Virus record (IMG/VR): IMGVR_UViG_3300042514_000542
Location: 142,591-206,590 of that record
DNA length: 64,000 nt
Direction: 5' to 3' (one strand)
A program made the position numbers and the translations under genes. This document shows positions 10,878 to 20,096 of this stretch, one piece after another. The notes beneath the pieces are model-generated. The model did no database searches. It was not told the DNA's origin and saw only the letters and a list, made by a program, of their open reading frames with translations. The number at the start of each line of letters is the position of its first letter. Position 1 is the first letter of the stretch.

Positions 10878-10908
10878 TTGAATGAGTCTATCAGATTTTC
10901 TAAGATTG

Positions 10909-11286
10909 TCAATCCATTTCTTCGAAATCGAGGTCACGATCACCTAAATGTCTCGCTCCAATGGTATATTTTTCCAATGTGGAGTCCACGTTTTGTAAAA
11001 GATATACGACCATCTTCTCTGTATTCTTCTTAAGCTTTAGTAATTGCTTCTTATTCTTAAATTCTTTGGTTTTTAAAGCAACTTCAATGGCCTTACAAGC
11101 CTGAATACCATTATCTACCATATTTCCATAATATTCTGGAATTTCTGCCATTTCATATGGTAAAACATTCGGACCATAATGGGTTTCTTTTTCTTCAGCT
11201 TTCCATTTTCTCATCTGGGTTCTTGGATCGTGATCGTGATCGATCTCTCCAGATGCAAATTTTGTGGAATATGGTGACTCAGGCAT
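10909..11286 (-). CDS. Hypothetical late protein
   Basis: Start reassigned to MPESPY, 5 nt after a minus-strand TAAATA. Confidence 0.65.
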   Translation of the reverse strand: MPESPYSTKFASGEIDHDHDPRTQMRKWKAEEKETHYGPNVLPYEMAEIPEYYGNMVDNGIQACKAIEVALKTKEFKNKKQLLKLKKNTEKMVVYLLQNVDSTLEKYTIGARHLGDRDLDFEEMD

Positions 11287-11288
11287 AC

Positions 11289-11318
11289 ATATATTTAGTT
11301 GCCAATGACTAAATATAT
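11289..11318. promoter_or_regulatory. Back-to-back divergent late promoters
   Basis: 11-bp inverted repeat atatatttagt / actaaatatat, each arm carrying TAAATA just before a start codon. Confidence 0.65.
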
Positions 11319-11323
11319 AAAGT

Positions 11324-11764
11324 ATGAGTAAATTCGCAAAAAACTTCCTTGAAGTATTAAAAGAAGCAGATCTTGATAGAGATCTTGAGAGACAAGCTAT
11401 GGAAGGTTCTCTTGATGACGGTATCGATCCTTCTGAATTCGATACCGATATGGAGATGTCCCCTGAAGAAGCACAAGCCACTGATGAAGTTGCCGATGCT
11501 ATGTCGAAACGTAACCAACAAATCATTTCAGAACTCCAAGGTTGGATTGATCAAGTCGAAGAGTTCCTTAGCTTTCTTAACAGTGAAGATCCTAATAGTG
11601 TCCAATCACGTTTGGCTGCTGCTGAACCAGATACCGTTATGGATAAGATGAAACAGTCTCAACAAACTAAAATTAGTCGTGTTGCATCTGACTTAGCGAG
11701 TTTACATCAAAACTTCCTTGGATTCATGGCTCAAACTTCCAACGCAAGATTTAAATATGTGTGA
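11324..11764 (+). CDS. Acidic late protein, candidate prohead core/internal protein
   Basis: MSKFAKNFLEVLKE leader with an LxE site; acidic; late promoter. Confidence 0.6.
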   Translation: MSKFAKNFLEVLKEADLDRDLERQAMEGSLDDGIDPSEFDTDMEMSPEEAQATDEVADAMSKRNQQIISELQGWIDQVEEFLSFLNSEDPNSVQSRLAAAEPDTVMDKMKQSQQTKISRVASDLASLHQNFLGFMAQTSNARFKYV

Positions 11765-11840
11765 TTTTTGTTGATAATCAACGAGTTATAACTTTCATTA
11801 AGAAAACTTCAACACTTTAGATAAATAATAGTATAATTTT

Positions 11841-12176
11841 ATGAAAAAGAAAGATCAAGAAGCAATTACCAAGTTATATACAGAGGGAGATCATTCCAAT
11901 GACTATAGATGAATGGATGATGATTCTTCGGAGTATGATTCATCCAATTTATATTATCCCTCGGATGAGGAAGAACAATTAAAACGTGGATTGATACCAG
12001 TTGGAGGGATAATTAGAGCTTTGAAAGCTGCGAACTTACCTAACAAAAATATTTTGAATTATTTTATAGATATTACATCCGATGATTATGATGATGGTAT
12101 GATTAATAGAATAGCAGAGGTTATCCTATCAACTGGGAAGTTCAATTTATCCATTGAAGATCTTGAAAATTTTTAA
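11841..12176 (+). pseudogene. Late protein interrupted by an in-frame TGA at 11910-11912
   Basis: MKKKDQEAITKLYTEGDHSNDYR*MDDDSSE reads in one frame; TAAATA upstream. Confidence 0.55.
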
Positions 12177-12177
12177 C

Positions 12178-13254
12178 TCATAACTTTCCAAACAAAATCT
12201 TAAATTTAACAATAGCACCTTTACCACAGGTGCTATTTGCTTTTAGAAACCCATGTTTAATCTCATCAAGTCCACAATGAATACACAATTCATTAAAGTC
12301 TTTAAACTCTTTAAACTTCTCGGGCCAAATAAAGACACACTCTCCCATCTCTAGAAGAACTTGAGTCTTTAATCGAGATGCTTTATCAATCCATTGGTTA
12401 TCTAATACCCAAATCTTATTAAAAAGCTTCAGTTCTTCTAGTTGATCTAACTGAATTGGTGTGAACTTGTGGTGTCCTTCATTGATACCTGCCACAGCCA
12501 CTCCATTTCGCACAAAACAGGCATCTAGGGGGCCTTCAAAGATGAAAACGTCATCTAGTGCTGAATCGATCCTATCTATCCCAAAAATCGATTTGTCGGA
12601 GTTGAATTTAGATATGTAATTGGGTTTCTCATCCCATTCAAACAATCTTCTCGACTGATAGTGAATAAAATTACCGGAAGTGTCTAAAAATGGTATCGTT
12701 AACCTATTCTTATGACTATAATCCTTAAGAGATATGTAAAAATTACATCTATTGATTGCCGTATCTAATCTACGACTCTTAATATAAGTCAAAGCTGTCT
12801 GAACTATGTGATTATCCTTATAAAACTCCCTCTGAGTGGGATCACTAAGGTTAATACTATCGTCAGGTAGAGATGGCTGCTTCTTTCGTTGAATTGGCTC
12901 ATCAAAATTCAATTCAACTGACACTTCATTGTTACCAACGTCCTTACGGATCTGTTCATCTGTCATTCCAGAGACTTTTCGTATCCAATTATAGGGTTTT
13001 AGACTTGAACCGCAGTTATGACAGAAAATATTGTCATCTTTGGGAATATAGAAACATCTTTTCTTATTCCCCCAACTCTTACCCTCTTTACAGATGGGAC
13101 AACAAGAGTTATATACGTTCGTATAGTTATTATAGGATACTTTATACCCCAATTCGTAAAATTTAGCTACAACATAATCATTCGGAAGATCGAACGACTT
13201 CTTTGTTGTGGATGAATTGAGCTTTGGAAGTTTTTTTAACAGGCTTGGGTGCAT
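12178..13254 (-). CDS. gp61: DNA primase (T4 gp61-like)
   Basis: CPIC...CHNC zinc finger, TOPRIM EGPLD and VLDN, KDFNE. Confidence 0.92.
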   Translation of the reverse strand: MHPSLLKKLPKLNSSTTKKSFDLPNDYVVAKFYELGYKVSYNNYTNVYNSCCPICKEGKSWGNKKRCFYIPKDDNIFCHNCGSSLKPYNWIRKVSGMTDEQIRKDVGNNEVSVELNFDEPIQRKKQPSLPDDSINLSDPTQREFYKDNHIVQTALTYIKSRRLDTAINRCNFYISLKDYSHKNRLTIPFLDTSGNFIHYQSRRLFEWDEKPNYISKFNSDKSIFGIDRIDSALDDVFIFEGPLDACFVRNGVAVAGINEGHHKFTPIQLDQLEELKLFNKIWVLDNQWIDKASRLKTQVLLEMGECVFIWPEKFKEFKDFNELCIHCGLDEIKHGFLKANSTCGKGAIVKFKILFGKL

Positions 13255-13456
13255 TTTCTACAAATTCTAAAATATCATTCGTCAATCCAAAGTCAAACTC
13301 ATCTTTCGGAACCCATAAATTCTCCATAACGGGAATAGCTAAAAATCCATGCTGAGAAGAATTGGATTCAATATATACCAACATTTTACCTGCATGTTTT
13401 CCTGTAGTGCAAGCGTATATATTACCAAACTTTATTTTATTCTTGAAAAATAGCAT
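13178..13456 (-). CDS. Hypothetical protein
   Basis: 92-aa ORF within the operon. Confidence 0.6.
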   Translation of the reverse strand: MLFFKNKIKFGNIYACTTGKHAGKMLVYIESNSSQHGFLAIPVMENLWVPKDEFDFGLTNDILEFVENAPKPVKKTSKAQFIHNKEVVRSSE

Positions 13457-13457
13457 A

Positions 13458-13760
13458 TTAATTTATACGTGAATTCATAAAGCGACCAATTTCTTCCATG
13501 AAAGCGTTATCCAGAGCAGATTTTTCAATCTTTTCTTTGTATACTGTCATATTAATCGGATTACCATCTAGATCATAACCTATGAGCTTGAAGCATGATA
13601 GAAATTCTCCTATAGTTCCAATCAAGGCATTGTTCAGTATATTCTTTTTAGGAATCTTTCTTTTATCTTTTAACTGTAAGGATAAAGCTTCCTTAAGAAT
13701 ATTTTTTATCTCGTCATCACTAAACTCTTTAAAGTCTGGTTGTTCTGGAGTATCTTCCAT
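13458..13760 (-). CDS. Hypothetical protein
   Basis: 100 aa; TAAATA 5 nt upstream. Confidence 0.65.
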   Translation of the reverse strand: MEDTPEQPDFKEFSDDEIKNILKEALSLQLKDKRKIPKKNILNNALIGTIGEFLSCFKLIGYDLDGNPINMTVYKEKIEKSALDNAFMEEIGRFMNSRIN

Positions 13761-13768
13761 GAAGATAT

Positions 13769-14275
13769 TTAACTATCAACTTCAACTTTACTAGTGTATT
13801 GATTATCTTCGGTTTTTTGAGGGACACCCTTCTCGATTAGAGTAGTGATAATGATTTCCATTGATTGTGTTTTAAGGGAATAGTTCTTAAACCTGTTACC
13901 ACCATCATTAAATTCAAAGTGAACTTCACCCGGAGATTCTTTATTTACATAACATGTAATAATTAAACAATGACCACCTGGATCTACCATGATAGTCCAT
14001 TTACGTGGATCTGAAATTGGATAATCTTTAAATAAACGAATCGCAATGAATCCACTGTCCCTCAATCTATTTAAAAAATAGCCACCTGTTGTAATCGAAT
14101 TTTTTTTCTTGTTCATTGGTTTAAATTTGTATTGGAAGTAGTCTTTAGTTATTCCCATCTTTTCATAATCTATTGTAAGTGATCTACCGGTGTAATCTGG
14201 TGCAGGTATGTCCACAGATATAAGTTCTGGAAACTCAAATGGTTGTTCTTGGTTTATATTGAATCCACTTAACAT
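13769..14275 (-). CDS. Hypothetical protein
   Basis: 168-aa ORF directly after gp45; start uncertain (alternative internal MNKKKN). Confidence 0.6.
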   Translation of the reverse strand: MLSGFNINQEQPFEFPELISVDIPAPDYTGRSLTIDYEKMGITKDYFQYKFKPMNKKKNSITTGGYFLNRLRDSGFIAIRLFKDYPISDPRKWTIMVDPGGHCLIITCYVNKESPGEVHFEFNDGGNRFKNYSLKTQSMEIIITTLIEKGVPQKTEDNQYTSKVEVDS

Positions 14276-14276
14276 A

Positions 14277-14993
14277 TTACTTACTAAGGCTGCTTAGGAT
14301 ATAATTTAGTTCAACATTACCATTTTTCAAGCTAATGCTACCGATTCCCATCTTATTAATTCTAAGAGTGAATACTTTTGAATCACCGAATGATAATAGA
14401 CGAATGTTATCAAGATTTAAAATGAATTCATCCATTTCAAAATCGACATCATCTCCTTCAATGGTTAGAACATCGGTGTTCATCATTGTTCTATCACCCA
14501 ATGACCAATATAACTTCTCATCTTCTGTAAAGATGTATAATTTATTAGTGTCTTTGAAAATTGAGGACTGTTTAATAACAGTGTCCAGAAAAGATTTACT
14601 TACATCGAATTCATATTCGTATTGCAGACTCTCAATCTTTGAAAGAGTCAATTTAGGGGCGACCAAAATTCCATCACCATAAAGATGGTATTTGAATTTG
14701 ATTTTCTTACCTTTATATTCTAAATTATTTGAATTTAGAATGAACTCTACCTCCTTATCTGGTATAAGATCCAAGGACTTGGATAACTTCTTAACAGATG
14801 GTAGATTTAAAACTTGTGGATCATCATAATCACTGTCTAACGTAGACCATAGAAACATGCTTCGATCTTCGGATGAAGAGATTGCATATATTCTATCTGT
14901 TTCTACATTGAGGATCGAGGAATCACTTACTTTGGACAATCCTTCGAGAAAATTCTTAAAATCGTCCTTATTAAACTTAATTGTTTTTTGCAT
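14277..14993 (-). CDS. gp45: Sliding clamp (gp45/PCNA-like)
   Basis: 238 aa, acidic, two-domain alpha/beta clamp pattern; replication context. Confidence 0.7.
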   Translation of the reverse strand: MQKTIKFNKDDFKNFLEGLSKVSDSSILNVETDRIYAISSSEDRSMFLWSTLDSDYDDPQVLNLPSVKKLSKSLDLIPDKEVEFILNSNNLEYKGKKIKFKYHLYGDGILVAPKLTLSKIESLQYEYEFDVSKSFLDTVIKQSSIFKDTNKLYIFTEDEKLYWSLGDRTMMNTDVLTIEGDDVDFEMDEFILNLDNIRLLSFGDSKVFTLRINKMGIGSISLKNGNVELNYILSSLSK

Positions 14994-15471
14994 TTTGTTT
15001 CAACTTTGGGACAATTGTATCTTCCTTTGTTGATTTTTCAAGCAACGAAATAACTTTTGTCAACTTTTTCGAAATATCTCTCAAAAGGTCATTAGTAATT
15101 GTTTGCTCGGATGTATTGAAAGAAAACTCCAACTGATCACCAGGATCGGGTGTTGGTAATTGCGGGTTATGTTGCGGTTGCACATATGGCGTGTATGACG
15201 CAGTTCCCATAATTGGATCTGGTTGATCCAAGGGTATTGCTGGTGGTACATACATGGGTTGTGGACGAACAACAGAGTTCAGAGCAAGATTTTGCGCTTG
15301 CTCTAAACCCTGTTTAATAGACATACTACCATTATCCTTATGTGTTCCCGGCATGGGATTATTCGAGATAAAAGATTCGACAACTCTCGACTCTTGATAT
15401 AAGGGTCCAGCAAATGCCGCCAAAGCAGCAAAATCATCGGGTGTCATTGGTGGTATGTATCCGTCGTCCAT
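14977..15471 (-). CDS. Hypothetical Pro/Gln-rich protein
   Basis: 164 aa between gp32 and gp45; contains QLEFSF. Confidence 0.6.
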   Translation of the reverse strand: MDDGYIPPMTPDDFAALAAFAGPLYQESRVVESFISNNPMPGTHKDNGSMSIKQGLEQAQNLALNSVVRPQPMYVPPAIPLDQPDPIMGTASYTPYVQPQHNPQLPTPDPGDQLEFSFNTSEQTITNDLLRDISKKLTKVISLLEKSTKEDTIVPKLKQNAKNN

Positions 15472-15496
15472 ATGATTAATTAATCATTGGTTTCGT

Positions 15497-16414
15497 TTAG
15501 TCAATATCTAATTCTTTAAGTAGATCATCTACATCAGTATCAGCACTGCTACGAAGACTATCGGTGTCAAAATCCATAGGAATCTCATCCTCTGGTTCTT
15601 CGCTAACCTTTTTATCAGCCTTTGGTTTGGTTTCCTTCTTAGGAATAGACTTACGTTCTTCCTTTTTAGGTTCAACTACACCATCAGTATCGAAATGTTC
15701 TTCAAGTAGTGCTTGAAGTTCTTCGACTGTCTTCACAGGATAGACTTGGGTAAGATCATGCACGCTCGCATAAACTTCATCGATTTCCTTATCAGTAAGG
15801 TCTAACTTAGTCTTAGAAGAGAATCTTGAAGATTTATAAGTTGTATAAATTCCTTGTTCCTCTGCTTTGATTTTGAAATCGCAACCATCTTTTGATAAAT
15901 CAAAGATAGCAGCACCGAATTCATCGGCATCCTCACCTGTCATTGCAGCATCTACAATCGTCTTAAGTTGTGGACCCATGTTAAGAATCTTAACGGTTCC
16001 ATTATTTTCTGGATTTGCAGGATCATCGATAACATAAACGTTAACGAACCATGCTTCCTTCTCCTTAATCGGATTTTCAAACTTCTCATCCTTAGCGGGT
16101 TCAGTATCTTTCCAACCCTTATAGAGTTTCCAACGGACTTCATTGATAGGATCTCTTTCCCCAAAAGACTTTAGGGAAATTGCATTAACAAATGATCCAT
16201 CTTTCTTAGAAGTCCACTGATTTAAATAGTGATGGAAGAATGTCTTGTCATCACCACTTTCAAGTCCATCAACGTCTGGAATCAACCTAAGTGTATAGGT
16301 ATGTCCTGCTGGGAACTTGATGATATTTGCGAAAGATCCACTAGGGGTTCTTTCCGTCTTTTTAAGAGCATCTTTGATCTTGTCAAACATACTCGCATTG
16401 TATTTTTTTGCCAT
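15497..16414 (-). CDS. gp32: ssDNA-binding protein (gp32-like)
   Basis: LRLIP, NVYVIDDPANPENNGTVKI, FDLSKDGCDFKIK, acidic tail DDLLKELDID. Confidence 0.92.
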   Translation of the reverse strand: MAKKYNASMFDKIKDALKKTERTPSGSFANIIKFPAGHTYTLRLIPDVDGLESGDDKTFFHHYLNQWTSKKDGSFVNAISLKSFGERDPINEVRWKLYKGWKDTEPAKDEKFENPIKEKEAWFVNVYVIDDPANPENNGTVKILNMGPQLKTIVDAAMTGEDADEFGAAIFDLSKDGCDFKIKAEEQGIYTTYKSSRFSSKTKLDLTDKEIDEVYASVHDLTQVYPVKTVEELQALLEEHFDTDGVVEPKKEERKSIPKKETKPKADKKVSEEPEDEIPMDFDTDSLRSSADTDVDDLLKELDID

Positions 16415-16489
16415 ATTCTTATTATTGTTTTAGTTTATTTTCTAGTTTTGTTTGTTTTGTTTGAAGGTTTTCACCTTCAAAAGTATTTA
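16415..16489 (-). promoter_or_regulatory. gp32 leader: late promoter, GAAA-tetraloop hairpin and unstructured A-rich tract (candidate autogenous operator)
   Basis: Minus strand reads TAAATA, then TTTGAAGGT-GAAA-ACCTTCAAA, then CAAAACAAACAAAACTAGAAAATAAACTAAAACAATAATAAGAAT-ATG. Confidence 0.6.
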
Positions 16490-17180
16490 ACGTAAGTTTT
16501 AAATTATTCAATCTCGCTTCTCTCATTTTTTGTTTTGTCTCTTCAGAATGCTTATAACCTAATCTGGCAGTTCTTGCATTTTCTTTATGCTCTTCCGACA
16601 AAGGTTTTCCTATTTTCGATTCTCTAATTTTAATCTTTGTTTCTTCCGACATTTGTTTTCCCATTTTCGAGATTCTCATCTTTTCTTTCGACTCTTCGGT
16701 ATGTTTCCGTCTTCGACACTTTTCTTTGAAAGAATCAGATTTTGGTTTTTTCATTTTATTTTTTGTATATTCCGAATGTTTCTTACCCCTTTGACCTTCA
16801 CTCATTCTTTTCCGAACTTCTTCAGAGCATTTATATCCAGTTCTATCAGTTGAATATTTACAGATATTATATCCTATATTTCTATCGGTGGAATTATAGA
16901 TTCCAATATAATGAGCCTCTCTATCAAAAAGTTTTTCTTTATCTAAATTTTTATTAAAATTTTCAAATATTTCTAGTATATCTATTTCAAAATTTTCCCA
17001 CCCATATTTAATCAATGCATTTTCAAAATGAAATCGTCCAAATTTTCTATTACAACACGATTTATGATACGACAATCTATTATAGATATTTACGGATTTA
17101 CCTATATATATTTTACCACTTACTATACAGACAAGTTTATATATTCCCGCCTTCTTTGGTATTTCCATTGTTTGATTCAT
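16422..17180 (-). mobile_element. Free-standing GIY-YIG homing endonuclease with NUMOD3 repeats (seg-like)
   Basis: GIY...YIG, RE, GYN, repeated HSEETKxKM; same position as T4 segG, upstream of gene 32. Confidence 0.9.
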
Positions 17181-17820
17181 TTATATATTTAATCAAATTA
17201 TTAGAAATTTTTGTTTTTGCTTGTTTTGCAAATTCTTTCATCTTTTTGGATGTGTAGAACTTGTTTTTTGTTTGTTGAAACACCAAGTAAAAATCAGGGA
17301 ATATGAATTCCAATATTTCTGATTCTATCTGGGGTTTTTTGAAAGTCAATGCCTGAAGCGTGTAATAATTGATCTTGTGATCTTTTAAATGTTGCACGAA
17401 ACATGGCATTGTTCCTTCTATATTTAGTTCATAATCAGATAATTGCAAAGACTGCTCCTTACAATATTTCGCTACAAACTTAAGACTTTCTGCCAGTCTT
17501 CTAAGGCTATCGGAAGAGTCTGGATCTTGTAATTCCAGTTGCTTCATATAATCACTATAACACTTAATTGCTTTAGGTTTAGTGTAAAAATCCAGAGGAT
17601 AGTAATCATCATCTGAATAAATTTTGTGGGGGGCTAAAAAGAAATCTTCTTGAATGAGATTGGGATATGAATTGAAAAGTCTGGATAGTTTTTGAAGAAC
17701 CATCACTTGATCTTCATCAAGTTTAGAAAAATCCTTTTTGAGTTTGAATGGTTCATTCTTAGCCTTTCTTGAAGCAACCAAATGGTTGTTATAGATCTGC
17801 TTTTCAAATTCAGTTATCAT
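17137..17820 (-). CDS. Hypothetical protein, possibly a gp59-like helicase loader
   Basis: 227 aa, basic and aromatic; occupies the gene 59 position relative to seg and gene 32 (synteny inference only). Confidence 0.4.
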   Translation of the reverse strand: MITEFEKQIYNNHLVASRKAKNEPFKLKKDFSKLDEDQVMVLQKLSRLFNSYPNLIQEDFFLAPHKIYSDDDYYPLDFYTKPKAIKCYSDYMKQLELQDPDSSDSLRRLAESLKFVAKYCKEQSLQLSDYELNIEGTMPCFVQHLKDHKINYYTLQALTFKKPQIESEILEFIFPDFYLVFQQTKNKFYTSKKMKEFAKQAKTKISNNLIKYINESNNGNTKEGGNI

Positions 17821-18089
17821 TTCTTATTACTATTCAAAAATTTTGTGACGTATTTGCTTTTTGCAATCGTCGGATCGAAATCTAAGAACACCCTAACAAG
17901 CTCATAGTCAGTGTCAAGGTTTAGAATCTCCTTTAAAATTGTTTTTAACTTTTCACTTGAGAGTGTTTGAATGAAAACGTTCTGAATAGAAAGCTTTTTA
18001 CCTTTCAAGTTCATGACGAATGTGCAAAAACATAAGAAAAGGTGAGTTGATTCCTCATCCTCGATATTTTGTGAAGGATCAGTTATCAT
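17817..18089 (-). CDS. Hypothetical protein
   Basis: Start reassigned to MITDPSQ, overlapping the end of the homing endonuclease gene. Confidence 0.6.
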   Translation of the reverse strand: MITDPSQNIEDEESTHLFLCFCTFVMNLKGKKLSIQNVFIQTLSSEKLKTILKEILNLDTDYELVRVFLDFDPTIAKSKYVTKFLNSNKK

Positions 18090-18927
18090 TTTTAATTTCC
18101 AACCTTTCTCTTTTAGATTGTCTAATTTTCTCTTTGGTTTCTTCCGAACATTTTTTTCCAGTATTAGCGATTGAAATCTTCGCCTTTGCTTCCTCTGAAC
18201 ACGGAACACCTTTTTTAAGATTACTCATATTTGATTTCCATTCATCTGTTCTTTTTTTACCTTTATTTTTCATACTAATTTTTTTTCTGGTTTCTTCAGA
18301 ACAAAGTCTACCTAGTCTAGCCGCACTCATTTTTTTCCTAGTTTCTTCGGATACTATATGAGTAGTTATTCTACCTTTTCTCTGTATACTCATTTTTTCC
18401 TTCGAATTTTCTGAATGTTTTTTACCCAATCTATGATTTCTTATTTTTTCCTTTGCATCGTCGGACATTTTCTTACCTAATCTACATTGTCTAAGTTGTT
18501 CTCGTTTCTCGTCGTCAAAAATCCTTATTACTTTTTTCTGTGCTTGACTCATTTTCAGTTTAGATTCTTCTGAACAAATATGTCCAGTTCTATCCGTTGA
18601 ATGTTTACAAATATTATAACCCTTTTCATTATTAGTGGTATCAAACATCTCAATAAATTTGGTTTCCGTGTCGAGAAGTTGTTGATTATGTTCTGGATTT
18701 GATTTAATAAAATTTTCAAAAACATCTAAAATTTCAACGGTAAATGAATCCCATCCATATTTTACAATGGCGTGTGCTATTTTATATTTTTTATTGGGTA
18801 TAATCTTAGATTTTCTATGATCATTTATTCTACGTTTAATGTTGATGGTCTTTCCTATGTATACTTTATTGTTTGTCAAACATGTCAATTTATAAATTCC
18901 TGCCGCTTTTGGATATTCTAATATCAT
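18079..18927 (-). mobile_element. Free-standing GIY-YIG homing endonuclease with NUMOD3 repeats
   Basis: GIY...YIG, GYNICKHSTDRTG, SEETRKKM repeats; own TAAATA 5 nt before MILEYP. Confidence 0.9.
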
Positions 18928-19008
18928 GTATATATTTAGTAATCCGAGTCGTTTCTTCTTCAATTAAATTTGTTAATAGGTCAATAAGATCTGATGACGG
19001 GTCGTAAT

Positions 19009-19233
19009 TCATAAACTAAAAATTTCATCTAACCATAACCCCTCAACATAAAAACATGTTCCTGAATGCATTTGAATCATTGATAAATCATGGTCATTCT
19101 TTCTAATCATAAATGCTATTGACTTTTTATTCACATATAATTTTTCTTTATGTAAATCATATTGAAAATTTTTACCCAAAGTGTAATAATAGTCAAATTC
19201 AATAAGTTTGTTTTTCCATCTATTTGCGCTCAT
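19009..19233 (-). CDS. Hypothetical protein
   Basis: 74 aa; ATGA overlaps at both ends. Confidence 0.55.
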   Translation of the reverse strand: MSANRWKNKLIEFDYYYTLGKNFQYDLHKEKLYVNKKSIAFMIRKNDHDLSMIQMHSGTCFYVEGLWLDEIFSL

Positions 19234-20096
19234 ATCTGTATAAGTTTTTGTGTAAAGTCCAAGAACTTTTGGGATATCTTCCCACCACTAGCCCATTCTC
19301 CACCCCCTCCATTACAAAGATTTTCAGCCATGAATGTGATGTTCGCTATTGATCCTTCGGGTTTTCTAAAGGAAACGAACTGAGTATCTGGATTCACAAC
19401 GATAATGACATCCTTTTTGTGATTGTCAATCAGCTTTTTGGCGATTTCGTTCACGGAGAACTTGGAAAACACCGCTACAACTGACCATTCTTTAAAAGTT
19501 CCTTCGTAAAGTTCTAAATTTTTATATTCTGTATCAATAGCATCGAAGAATGATTCAGCTAATACCATTTCCTTATCAGTAAGACCATCATAACCATTCC
19601 AGAACCTATTAACGAACACTTTGAAACGATTGAAGCGTGTATTCCTGAATAATCCATTCAAATACTCCGATTCTTTGTGTTTTAGAGAGTATACGTTGTA
19701 ATCATCGACATAAAGTATTAGTTTCTTAAGATCGTTTGGTATATCGAACTTATCCTTGAACTTTTTATACAATAACTTACAACAAGATGATGTTTCTTCG
19801 GAAATCATAGTGGAATCAAAGACGTTTAACTTCTCACCACGATCAGAAACGAATACTACCTTATAATCATCGATCTTATTGATCAGAGATTGATCCAAAA
19901 CCATTCCAATTATGAATACTTTGTCATAATTCTCAAGATTATGCTCCCATTCAGCATATTGATTGGCGAAATCACCAAAGAATGCTGATTTATACTCCAT
20001 ATCTGGAAATATATTACCCAAAAGGATGGTGGAACACGCCCCATCTAGATCAGAATTAGCCCATACAAAAATCTTACTCACGTTATAATTACTCAT
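19230..20096 (-). CDS. DHH/DHHA1-fold protein with degenerate catalytic motifs
   Basis: SDLDG, DDY, VSFR and GGGGEWASG are retained; DHH and GGGH are absent. Confidence 0.75.
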   Translation of the reverse strand: MSNYNVSKIFVWANSDLDGACSTILLGNIFPDMEYKSAFFGDFANQYAEWEHNLENYDKVFIIGMVLDQSLINKIDDYKVVFVSDRGEKLNVFDSTMISEETSSCCKLLYKKFKDKFDIPNDLKKLILYVDDYNVYSLKHKESEYLNGLFRNTRFNRFKVFVNRFWNGYDGLTDKEMVLAESFFDAIDTEYKNLELYEGTFKEWSVVAVFSKFSVNEIAKKLIDNHKKDVIIVVNPDTQFVSFRKPEGSIANITFMAENLCNGGGGEWASGGKISQKFLDFTQKLIQI

